Source of the DNA: Candidatus Kaiserbacteria bacterium
GTDB taxonomy: Bacteria; Patescibacteriota; Minisyncoccia; Phycocordibacterales; UBA2100
Assembly (NCBI GenBank): GCA_027083345.1
Contig: JALWOZ010000016.1
Span: forward strand, 5 to 64,004
DNA length: 64,000 nt
Direction: 5' to 3'
This document shows positions 55,958-64,000 of this stretch, in pieces. The notes under the pieces are model-generated. The model saw only the letters and a program-made list of their open reading frames with translations, was not told the origin of the DNA and did no database searches. The position numbers and the translations under genes are program-made. Numbering within the stretch: position 1 is the stretch's first letter; each line of letters begins with the position of its first letter.

Positions 55958-56983
55958 ATGGTAAAGAAAAAAGCAGATAAAGAAAATAATACTGGAGTAG
56001 ACATTGCACTAGAGGAAATACGGACAAAATTTGGCGATGATGCAATAATGAAATTGGGAGACAAACCTAAAGTTGATGTAGATGCCATCTCTACAGGGTC
56101 AATAGGTATAGACTGGGCACTCGGCATTGGAGGATTCCCCAGAGGCAGGATGGTAGAGATATACGGCCCAGAGAGTTCAGGTAAGACAACTCTTGCATTA
56201 CACACCATCGCAGAAGCACAAAAAAGTGGTGGTGTATGTGCCTTTATAGACGCAGAACACGCTATGGACCCAGAATATTCTAAAAAAATTGGAGTAAATA
56301 TTAATGACCTTTTAATATCTCAACCTAACCATGGGGAACAAGCTTTAGAGATTGTTGAAAGTCTTGTGCGCTCCGGTAAGATAGATGTGATAGTCGTAGA
56401 CTCTGTGGCTGCTCTAACCCCTAAAGATGAGATAGAGGGGGATATGGGTGCCCATCATGTAGGTAAGCAGGCAAGACTAATGAGCCAAGCTCTACGCAAA
56501 CTCACAAGCATAGTTAGTAAGAGTAAAACAGTCGTAATCTTCATTAACCAAATACGCATGCAAATAGGTGTAATGTTTGGCAACCCTGAGACGACTCCGG
56601 GCGGTAAAGCTCTAAAGTTTTATACGTCTGTTAGACTAGACATTCGCCGTATAGCACAAATCAAAAAAGGCACAGATGTAATGGGAGGTAGGCATAGAGT
56701 AAAAGTAGTAAAAAACAAGGTTGCCGCTCCATTTAAGATGACGGAGTTCGACCTTATGTATAATGAGGGTATCAGCAGAGAAGGTGAAATACTCGCATTA
56801 GGAGAGAAATTTGGCATAGTTAAGAAAAGTGGCTCATCATATAGCTACACCCCAGACAAAAAAGATGCTGAAACTATAAAGTTAGGTAGAGGATACGACG
56901 CCTCACGAAAATTCTTAAAAGACAATAAAAAAGTGTCCGACACAATCCTAAAGGACATTAAAAAGGCTCTAAAGGACGCATAA
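55958..56983 (+). CDS. recA: Recombinase RecA
   Basis: [19 protein letters not shown] Walker A, plus L1/L2 loop regions. Confidence 0.95.
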   Translation: MVKKKADKENNTGVDIALEEIRTKFGDDAIMKLGDKPKVDVDAISTGSIGIDWALGIGGFPRGRMVEIYGPESSGKTTLALHTIAEAQKSGGVCAFIDAEHAMDPEYSKKIGVNINDLLISQPNHGEQALEIVESLVRSGKIDVIVVDSVAALTPKDEIEGDMGAHHVGKQARLMSQALRKLTSIVSKSKTVVIFINQIRMQIGVMFGNPETTPGGKALKFYTSVRLDIRRIAQIKKGTDVMGGRHRVKVVKNKVAAPFKMTEFDLMYNEGISREGEILALGEKFGIVKKSGSSYSYTPDKKDAETIKLGRGYDASRKFLKDNKKVSDTILKDIKKALKDA

Positions 56984-57025
56984 ACGATAAGAGACACTAC
57001 CCAACTTAAAATTAATAACGGACAT

Positions 57026-57628
57026 ATGGATAAGCTTAAGGAAATACTACAGAAGACTTGGCATACAGGTAGGTGGGTGTTGCTGATATTACTGCTAGCG
57101 TCTACAATTCTCTACCTTATAGGTATAAATGCTACTAAGACAGCTGTGAGGCACATTACAAACACACACCTAACTATGCAAGATGTAACCGGAGAAACTC
57201 TACCCCCAAAACGCACCAAAGAGGAATACGACGCCACAGTTGAGGGTCTAGACGAAAACAATAATGGAATCAGAGACGATGTAGAGCACGCTATATTTGA
57301 GATGTCAGGAGACTCATCACAAATGAGAGCAGCGAAGTTGCAATATGCTCAAGCCTACCAACTCTTATTTACTTATGTATTTGATGGAGACACATTAGAG
57401 GCTTATGGGCAAAAATATATACAAAGTACCAAATGTATCAGGAGCACAATGAAAAAAGAAGGACTAGGTTTGCTAAGCTTTAAAATAGAGGATCCTATAG
57501 ATGCTCTCATATTAAACACAAAGAGCAGAAAGCTATCTGCAGAAAAACATAGTTGGTACGACACACAGTATAGTAAAGATATCAACCTCCCAGAGGAGAG
57601 ATGTCATGTTATATTCAAAAATGAATAG
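57026..57628 (+). CDS. Hypothetical membrane-anchored protein
   Basis: 200-aa ORF with an N-terminal TM (WVLLILLLASTILYLIGI). Its end overlaps the next ORF. Confidence 0.35.
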   Translation: MDKLKEILQKTWHTGRWVLLILLLASTILYLIGINATKTAVRHITNTHLTMQDVTGETLPPKRTKEEYDATVEGLDENNNGIRDDVEHAIFEMSGDSSQMRAAKLQYAQAYQLLFTYVFDGDTLEAYGQKYIQSTKCIRSTMKKEGLGLLSFKIEDPIDALILNTKSRKLSAEKHSWYDTQYSKDINLPEERCHVIFKNE

Positions 57629-58955
57629 GTGTGCAAAAACTATAATCACATTACTCATTATTTTAGTGAGTGCGTCTCCCACTATTAGTCGTGCGGTAGA
57701 TTGTAAAGATTCTGGGTATAGTATAGTTTATATTAATGGAATTTTTACATCAGATACAGGAGCTAAAGATACATTAAGTTTAATCAAAGACTACTTCAAT
57801 ACATACTCCACTCATGCTAACGACATAACATTCCAACTGGGGTACAACCCCACAAGGAGTGGGTTAGATCTAATAAAGTCTACGATGCAAGCATATGACA
57901 AACCAAGTAAGGAACAAATAGACCAAGACGCAAAACGCATACTCAAACAACTGCATAGTAAATTAAACACCAAAAAGATTCTCCTACTAGGACATTCGCA
58001 AGGTACCTTTTATACTAATGCCCTATATACTTATTTACTAAAGAATGGGATCAACCCTAGAGCTATAGCAGTATATAACATCGCAACTCCAGCCAGCTAT
58101 GTAAATGGCAGTAAATACAAGAGAGGAAAGTATATAACAAACAGTACAGATAATGTAATCAACGAGGTTAGGCACTGGGCGCAACTCGGTCATGCTCCTG
58201 AACCTCTACCGGCAAATGTGAATATTGCATTACAAGATAATCAAGGAGACAACATGGCACGGGGGCACGATTTAGAAAAAGTCTACTTAGCTGGTAAGGG
58301 TAAACGCATCATTAAAGAAATAGACAATTTGTTAAACACACTTAAAATACCCGAGCTAGCGCTGAGTAAGGGTGGGTGCTATTTTGAACCTGAATTCTCA
58401 TGGAAAGATACCGTGCAAGAAATATCCATCAACCTGACTGGTGGACTAGTGAGTGGAGTAGGTAGCTCGGCACAGAATCTTGGTAAGGTGGCGGTCATAC
58501 CAATAAACATAATAAAAAAGGGGGGCTCAACCATTACCAAACTTTTTACAAAAAAATCAAATCATTCTACACAAAATACACCTAAAGTGCCTATACAAAA
58601 ATCTAATTTAACTCAAACACAAAAGAAACATACCTCTACACAACCACCAATAAAACATATATTTAAATCACTAAAAACTACACCAGCACCAAAAATAACA
58701 AAACAAACAAAAATAACTAAAACGAAGCGAATAAATTATGATGCCCTATCAAAAATGCTAGCTTCACTCGAAACACTGCTAAACCAATACCTCACAACTC
58801 TACGAAGCAATTGTGCAGGTATAGATCTATCCATTATTAAATATTCCAACTGTATACCACCTTTTGAGCCGGGAGGATATGGGTTTGGTGGCGGGGCATT
58901 AATTGGAGGAGGTCCACCGCCTGGCGGCCCTCCTCCAGGTGGACAACAAATGTAG
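57606..58955 (+). CDS. Putative secreted alpha/beta-hydrolase (lipase/esterase-like) with a C-terminal Pro/Gly-rich tail
   Basis: Signal peptide, a GHSQG nucleophile elbow (LLLGHSQGTFYTN) and the C-terminal GGYGFGGGALIGGGPPPGGPPPGG. Confidence 0.5.
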   Translation: MLYSKMNRCAKTIITLLIILVSASPTISRAVDCKDSGYSIVYINGIFTSDTGAKDTLSLIKDYFNTYSTHANDITFQLGYNPTRSGLDLIKSTMQAYDKPSKEQIDQDAKRILKQLHSKLNTKKILLLGHSQGTFYTNALYTYLLKNGINPRAIAVYNIATPASYVNGSKYKRGKYITNSTDNVINEVRHWAQLGHAPEPLPANVNIALQDNQGDNMARGHDLEKVYLAGKGKRIIKEIDNLLNTLKIPELALSKGGCYFEPEFSWKDTVQEISINLTGGLVSGVGSSAQNLGKVAVIPINIIKKGGSTITKLFTKKSNHSTQNTPKVPIQKSNLTQTQKKHTSTQPPIKHIFKSLKTTPAPKITKQTKITKTKRINYDALSKMLASLETLLNQYLTTLRSNCAGIDLSIIKYSNCIPPFEPGGYGFGGGALIGGGPPPGGPPPGGQQM

Positions 58956-59025
58956 TGCTCTTAACTGCATAATTATTAAAAACAATTAAAATTCAACTCA
59001 TTATTTAATAAAATAGAAAATCATT

Positions 59026-59601
59026 ATGATAAATTATACAGACATTAAACCTGGTAAGGTACTCGCCATTGATAACGAACCTTTTGAAGTAGTGTGGACT
59101 AGTGGGGTTGTAAAAAAACAAAGACAAAAACCTCACAACACGGCTAAAATGCGTAACTTGAAAACTGGAGCTACCATAGAGAGGACTTTTACCCAATCAG
59201 ATAAAATAGAAGAAGCTGAACTAAACACATGTGAGATAAAATACTTATATACCAACCCCAAAACACACGAGGCAATGTTTTGCTCTCCCGCTGACCCGTC
59301 TGATAGATTTATATTACCTCAAGAGGTACTTGCAAACAAATTAGGTTATGTACTAGAGAACTCCGTAATAGAAGCAATAGAATTTAACGATAATATAATA
59401 TCAATTAAATTACCTAACAAAGTAAATTTAAAGGTGGCAGAAGCACCACCTAACATCAAAGGCAATACGAGTGCAGGAGGCAATAAGGTAGTAACTCTAG
59501 AGACAGGGTTAAAAGTTACAACACCACTCTTTATAAATACAGGAGATCTGATCCGTGTGAATACTGAGACTGGTGCTTACTCTGAGAGGGTGGTAGAATA
59601 A
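59026..59601 (+). CDS. efp: Elongation factor P (divergent beta3-beta4 loop)
   Basis: Three-domain EF-P pattern (KPGKVLAIDNEPFEVV..., YLYTNPKTHEAMF..., LFINTGDLIRVNTETGAYSERV). The usual KPGKG loop is replaced by KKQRQKPHNTAK. Confidence 0.8.
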   Translation: MINYTDIKPGKVLAIDNEPFEVVWTSGVVKKQRQKPHNTAKMRNLKTGATIERTFTQSDKIEEAELNTCEIKYLYTNPKTHEAMFCSPADPSDRFILPQEVLANKLGYVLENSVIEAIEFNDNIISIKLPNKVNLKVAEAPPNIKGNTSAGGNKVVTLETGLKVTTPLFINTGDLIRVNTETGAYSERVVE

Positions 59602-59639
59602 GAACTATAAAAAAGATATTAGCAAATAATAAAAACAAT

Positions 59640-60140
59640 ATGAAAACAAATTTGAATATTAAAAAAGCAGTAGGAGCAGGATTGCTAGTATTTACAATAC
59701 AATTTACAGTTGTAAATATCTTTAGCAATATGGCGGGCCCATTTATTAAGCCTGGCTCTTGGATGATCTATGCTTGGCAAGTTGTAATGTATTTAGTGCT
59801 TGTCGCAATAGTCTACACAACATCCAGATGGTATTTTAAAGGTAATTCTTCTGCGCTTACAGATGGGGCTCTACTAGGTGTAGTATTTGTATTAACCGGT
59901 TTTATAATAAACCTACTACAAGTAATACCTGCGGTGGCTTTAGGTAGAGATATAGTTAATCCAATACTTGCATATTTAAAGAGTACTCCATTCTTGATAG
60001 CAACAGGCATTACAATAGCTACTACCATCTTAACGACTTACATAATAAATAAAAAGGCAAGCACAAAGAGCACACCTAAAAGCGATGGCAATAAGGAGGC
60101 ATGTGGAGATTGTAAAGATGGCACCTGCTCCATACACTAA
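59640..60140 (+). CDS. Hypothetical 4-TM membrane protein with a C-terminal Cys cluster (CGDCKDGTC)
   Basis: 166-aa hydrophobic ORF. Confidence 0.4.
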   Translation: MKTNLNIKKAVGAGLLVFTIQFTVVNIFSNMAGPFIKPGSWMIYAWQVVMYLVLVAIVYTTSRWYFKGNSSALTDGALLGVVFVLTGFIINLLQVIPAVALGRDIVNPILAYLKSTPFLIATGITIATTILTTYIINKKASTKSTPKSDGNKEACGDCKDGTCSIH

Positions 60141-60230
60141 GTGCCGATTACGGTTATAGTATTACGTAACTACACAAATTAAAAACCGTAATATTTATTA
60201 CGGTTTTTAATTTTTAGTTATTCCGCTAAA

Positions 60231-60437
60231 TTAATTTATTATATAAGGTATAAGGCCCATAAAGCGAGCACGCTTTATGGCTAGGGTTACAGCTCTCTGA
60301 TTTTTAGCTGTTAGACCTGTTACTCTCCTGTTTAATATCCTGCCATAAGGATTTAAAAACTTTTTAAGGATTTCTGTATCCTTATAATCAACATATTGCA
60401 CATTGTGCTTTTTAAAAAAGTCTGTTTGTTTTGTCAT
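60231..60437 (-). CDS. rpsR: 30S ribosomal protein S18
   Basis: [49 protein letters not shown]. Confidence 0.9.
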   Translation of the reverse strand: MTKQTDFFKKHNVQYVDYKDTEILKKFLNPYGRILNRRVTGLTAKNQRAVTLAIKRARFMGLIPYIIN

Positions 60438-60460
60438 AATTGTTTTTTAAATTTATTAAC

Positions 60461-60913
60461 TTAGAAAGGTATATCCTCTGGATTAATATCATCATCTGGA
60501 TACTCTACCTTACCTGCACTAGCTGTAGCAGGCTTAGGTTCTGCAGATGCGTCTCCACTGAAGTTACCCCCTCCTTCACCACCTGCAGATGGACCAAATT
60601 GGAAGTTGTCTACAATAATCTCTGTACGGTACATCTTCTTACCACTATCTTTATCGTCCCAACTACGAGTTTGCAATCGCCCCTCTATAAATACTGCACG
60701 ACCTTTTTTGAGATATTGACTCGCCACTTCAGCCTGCCTCCCAAAGAGAGTTATGTTGTGGAATTCGGTCTGCTCTTGTTTATTACCATCTTTGTCTTTA
60801 TAAGATCGGTTAGTCGCTAAACCAAAACTAGTTACCTGAGATCCACTTGGCAGAGCCTTAAGCTCGGGATCGCGAGTAAGATTACCGTATAGGAATACTT
60901 TATTAATGTACAT
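60461..60913 (-). CDS. ssb: Single-stranded DNA-binding protein
   Basis: OB-fold (NKVFLYGNLTRDPELK...TEFHNITLFGRQAE), a Gly-rich linker and the acidic tail DDDINPEDIPF. Confidence 0.9.
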   Translation of the reverse strand: MYINKVFLYGNLTRDPELKALPSGSQVTSFGLATNRSYKDKDGNKQEQTEFHNITLFGRQAEVASQYLKKGRAVFIEGRLQTRSWDDKDSGKKMYRTEIIVDNFQFGPSAGGEGGGNFSGDASAEPKPATASAGKVEYPDDDINPEDIPF

Positions 60914-60974
60914 AATATTGTTTTACTTATCTCGAGCTAGTCGAGAGATTATTATTAATTACTATTATTATACA

Positions 60975-61481
60975 CTATTCTTCTAACAACTTATCTATAG
61001 TCTCGTCTAGATCCTTCTCTACTTCTTTTTTCTCTTCCTCTGAGATGTCTTCTGGTGCCGTAGACTTCTCTATTTTTACTGCAGGAGCAATTGTATCAGT
61101 GTTCTTAACCTCTTTAAGTTCATCGAGATTTACTTGTGCTCTGGTATCTTCTGCAACTGTTTTGATTAACAAATAACGTAATATGTTTTTATTATCCCCT
61201 ATTACCTCCTTTTGTAAATGGGACAAAGCATCTGGCATAAGGTCAAATTTTAACCAACCAAAATATGCTTTATCATAGGCAGTATTCTTACCGCCTTCAT
61301 TTATATACATTGTATAAGCCAGGTCTATAAGAGTAGGCTCTCCTTCTGATAAAAAGTTACCCTTTAACTCACTAATAGCACCACGGATAGAGTCTACCTC
61401 TTTTTGAAGTTCCTCCTCCGTGAGCGTGGGTACCATATGGTAGCCAAGTTCGTAAACTCGGCGCTCATCATTTATTTCCAT
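60975..61481 (-). CDS. rpsF: 30S ribosomal protein S6 with an extended acidic C-terminus
   Basis: S6-like fold (YELGYHMVPTLTEEE...) and the conserved rpsF-ssb-rpsR gene order. Confidence 0.7.
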   Translation of the reverse strand: MEINDERRVYELGYHMVPTLTEEELQKEVDSIRGAISELKGNFLSEGEPTLIDLAYTMYINEGGKNTAYDKAYFGWLKFDLMPDALSHLQKEVIGDNKNILRYLLIKTVAEDTRAQVNLDELKEVKNTDTIAPAVKIEKSTAPEDISEEEKKEVEKDLDETIDKLLEE

Positions 61482-61564
61482 AAAATAAATTACTATTAAC
61501 TATTAATGGCGCAACTGTAGCACTTTAACGCTATAAAATCAACAATTCGTAACACAAAACCCTA

Positions 61565-62422
61565 CTAACCCAAATTAAATACTCTTTTTGTATTTTCCAA
61601 TACTTGTTTCTGAATAATCTCAATACTCTCACCTCTTAGCTCTGCTATATAGCCTACTATGTCTATTACAAACATTGGCTCATTGCGCTTGCCTCTGTAT
61701 GGTACAGGAGCAGCGTAAGGCGCATCTGTCTCTACTACTATACTCTCAAGTGGCAGCCACTTAACAAGCTCTTGCAACTCCGGAGCGCTCTTGTATGTTA
61801 CTACTCCGGGTATACCGAATGTAGCGCCAAGCTCTAAGAATCTCTCGCCAAGCTTCCTACCAAAGGCGGTGAAGTGACTATGCAGGTGCAAAGCATCACC
61901 GTGCTTAACTTTATACTCGCTCAATATCTCAAGTGCATCGTCATGTGCATCCATTGTGCCCTCACTAGAGCGAATGTGGAGCATCAAGGGTAAATTGTAC
62001 TCTATTGCCAGCTCTATCTGCTGTTTGAAGACTACTTTCTGCCTCTTCTTCTCTCCTGCAATATCTTGTATGCTATCCATACGGAAGTAGTCAAGACCAC
62101 ACTCCCCTATTGCCACTATCTTATTCTCCTCCTTATTACTCAATAATTCTTTAAACTCATTAGCACTAAACTCGGCATCCTCGTGGTCATTAGGGTGTTG
62201 CCCAATACATGCCCACACATTACTGTACTCGCGCGCAAGCTCCACTACTTGCCTACTCGTCTCAATATCTGTCCCCACGGCAATAACCCCAACACCGGCA
62301 TCAGACATATCAGCAAGCATCTGCACTCTATCAGCATCAAAATCACTAAAGTGTATATGTGAATGTGTGTCTATGTATCTTAATTCTTGCATAATATGTT
62401 GTTTATTGTATAATACTAACAA
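61565..62422 (-). CDS. tatD: TatD-family metal-dependent hydrolase/DNase (start probably at an internal Met)
   Basis: YIDTHSHIHF, ECGLDY and the HxH...D metal-ligand pattern of the TIM-barrel amidohydrolase fold. Confidence 0.85.
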   Translation of the reverse strand: MLVLYNKQHIMQELRYIDTHSHIHFSDFDADRVQMLADMSDAGVGVIAVGTDIETSRQVVELAREYSNVWACIGQHPNDHEDAEFSANEFKELLSNKEENKIVAIGECGLDYFRMDSIQDIAGEKKRQKVVFKQQIELAIEYNLPLMLHIRSSEGTMDAHDDALEILSEYKVKHGDALHLHSHFTAFGRKLGERFLELGATFGIPGVVTYKSAPELQELVKWLPLESIVVETDAPYAAPVPYRGKRNEPMFVIDIVGYIAELRGESIEIIQKQVLENTKRVFNLG

Positions 62423-62445
62423 ATTCCTTCACTTGATGGAGGGGC

Positions 62446-62468
62446 CCCCCGCTTTATGCGGGGGTTTT
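62446..62468. other. GC-rich hairpin CCCCCGC-TTTAT-GCGGGGG followed by TTTT on the + strand
   Basis: Seen in the sequence between tatD and the MazF-like gene. The U-tract is only on the + strand, and no + gene lies upstream. Confidence 0.35.
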
Positions 62469-62862
62469 AAATTTTCATTACTCTCTTAAAAGCCATTTGC
62501 ACCTTCTTAAATTCATCATAATCTATCCTCCTGATGACCTGATGTAATCTCTTTGAACTAAACAATCGTGCTTGTGTAAGTAAGAAAAAATATTTCTTAT
62601 TGTTATGCATGGATTTTAAATAATACCAGCTCTCCTCATTCTTATCACCACTTGTCATCGGTATACCAAAAAACATTTTTGAATTAAATAATCTAAACAC
62701 TAATACTGGTCGCAGAAACTTGGACACATCACCATTTTGTTCATAACCAATGTTCTTGCCTATATATAACCACCAAATCTCTCGTTCTTTTGGCGTTGTA
62801 TGTTTACGAATATCTATATCTTGTTTTTGTTTATTCCACTCATCAAATTCATTCATACACAT
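62467..62862 (-). CDS. MazF/PemK-family toxin-like protein (putative endoribonuclease)
   Basis: REIWWLYIGKNIGYEQNG...RPVLVF...GIPMTSG aligns to the MazF pattern GDIW.vdfdp..G.EQ.G.RP.vVl...vP.Tt. Confidence 0.55.
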   Translation of the reverse strand: MCMNEFDEWNKQKQDIDIRKHTTPKEREIWWLYIGKNIGYEQNGDVSKFLRPVLVFRLFNSKMFFGIPMTSGDKNEESWYYLKSMHNNKKYFFLLTQARLFSSKRLHQVIRRIDYDEFKKVQMAFKRVMKI

Positions 62863-62863
62863 A

Positions 62864-63415
62864 TTATTTTACAATCTGTAATTTAGGCCATGATTGTAAC
62901 CATTTTTTTGAAGTAACCCTCTTCATCAATAAATCTGTATTACCACTTTGCGCAGGGGTCAGCTTGATAAGCATATTCACCAAATCAACTATACCATGAG
63001 GAGCAAAAAGGGTTATTGAATTATCCTTCTCCAACCTCACTGCAACACAGGTAGCTGTCTCCACCCATTCAGACAACGCCTCCTCCGTGTTTGCATAATG
63101 TTCGACCCTATCATGTACCTCATGCATCCGTGCTTGATTTTTAACCTCCCATTCAACATCAATAATCTTAGATAGTTGACGTGCATATTCTTGCTCTTTA
63201 TCCCAATTAATCTCGTCAGCATCATAATAGATCAGATCAATATCATTAGTAGCAACCACCTCACGCTCTATACCATGTAAGTGGTCCCATACCTTATTGC
63301 GTACAAATCCGGCCCCTATCATCCAATCTGGCAAATCAAGCTCTCTAGCAGCACCCAATACACTCATCATCCACTTATCTTGCTTAATTAAGTTTATTAT
63401 GTCTCTTTCGTTCAT
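62864..63415 (-). CDS. Nucleotidyltransferase-family protein (NTP_transf_6/DUF925-like)
   Basis: LGAARELDLPDWMIGAGFVRN...NDIDLIYYD...WEVKNQARMH resembles the GG...DxD nucleotidyltransferase family PF06042. Its stop codon is 1 nt from the MazF-like start. Confidence 0.5.
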   Translation of the reverse strand: MNERDIINLIKQDKWMMSVLGAARELDLPDWMIGAGFVRNKVWDHLHGIEREVVATNDIDLIYYDADEINWDKEQEYARQLSKIIDVEWEVKNQARMHEVHDRVEHYANTEEALSEWVETATCVAVRLEKDNSITLFAPHGIVDLVNMLIKLTPAQSGNTDLLMKRVTSKKWLQSWPKLQIVK

Positions 63416-63419
63416 AGTA

Positions 63420-63956
63420 TTATTTATAATTAGGCTCTTTTCCCTTATTAATGCGCTGTCTATAATAAATAATTGCTGCTATTAGTGATGTTACAAAAAA
63501 TAGATACAACACAAAAGAGTAATCTGCAAATACCCAATGTTGTATAGACAACACTCCTATAAAGAAACCAAATGCATTTATAGCGTAAGGTCTCCAATCC
63601 TCAGACTCAGGTGATCTATATGACTTAACAATAGTAGGTAAGGATGCGAAGAAGTCAGCGAGGAGTGCAAATAAGATTGCTAAATTTGCCTCCTTAGTTA
63701 CATACCACAAAGACATACTCAAAATAGCAATACCAGCTAACACATAGTCTCGTTTAACAATCTTCCAATACGCGGCAGGATTTAAATAAGAAGCTACTAA
63801 AATCATAAAGGGTAGCAATCCTACAGATAATGTAATCCAAACAACACCAGAGACTTCTTTGTCTTGCTGCGCAAAGAATACTATTAATGGAAAGAGACCC
63901 CAAAAAAAGAATGTCATTCTATTCGGCCTAACTTCACCTTTTATCGTCAGATACAT
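63420..63956 (-). CDS. Hypothetical 5-TM membrane protein
   Basis: 178-aa hydrophobic ORF 4 nt upstream of the nucleotidyltransferase gene. Confidence 0.4.
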   Translation of the reverse strand: MYLTIKGEVRPNRMTFFFWGLFPLIVFFAQQDKEVSGVVWITLSVGLLPFMILVASYLNPAAYWKIVKRDYVLAGIAILSMSLWYVTKEANLAILFALLADFFASLPTIVKSYRSPESEDWRPYAINAFGFFIGVLSIQHWVFADYSFVLYLFFVTSLIAAIIYYRQRINKGKEPNYK

Positions 63957-64000
63957 GTAGTGTAAGCTACCTAGTGAGGCTATTAAGGTTGACAGAAATA

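Noticed and set aside
62446-62468. Canonical rho-independent terminator for the MazF-like gene
   Set aside because: The U-tract follows the stem only on the + strand, where there is no upstream gene. On the minus strand the stem is followed by CCCCUCC. It is kept only as a GC hairpin.

Overview
This 64-kb window is a gene-dense, low-GC, mostly housekeeping segment of a streamlined bacterial chromosome. The standard genetic code is used, since both RF1 and RF2 are present. Many gene pairs overlap by 1-20 nt. The gene content points to a reduced-genome, fermentative, probably episymbiotic lineage such as CPR/Patescibacteria (Saccharibacteria-like). It includes a phosphoketolase-acetate kinase pair, an F-type ATPase with minimal delta and epsilon subunits, DprA, T4SS-pilin-like small proteins, and a giant peptidoglycan-binding surface protein. 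This lineage assignment is an inference.

I identified four tRNAs: Thr-CGT, Thr-GGT, Asp-GTC and Met-CAT. The protein-coding genes I recognise are a partial serS, dprA, dnaK, a gyrA-gyrB pair (gyrA upstream), rluB-like, cysS, dnaB, recR, ftsH, pyrG, ftsEX, clpB, mltG, prfB, atpBEFHAGDC, an ack-like kinase, xfp, ftsW/rodA, mraY, a D-Ala-D-Ala carboxypeptidase, scpAB, an MFS transporter, prfA, rpmE, ftsK, recA, efp, rpsF-ssb-rpsR and tatD. I found no CRISPR array, transposase or integrase.

The most interesting unexplained items are:
- a tightly coupled nucleotidyltransferase plus MazF/PemK-like toxin gene pair
- a cluster of tiny membrane proteins that includes two paralogous pilin-like proteins with C-terminal Cys pairs
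- a standalone Cas4-like Fe-S nuclease
- a 455-aa conserved-looking unknown protein
- a 520-bp structured, ORF-free intergenic region upstream of the giant adhesin gene
- a secreted low-complexity protein translationally coupled to xfp
- an EF-P with an atypical modification loop
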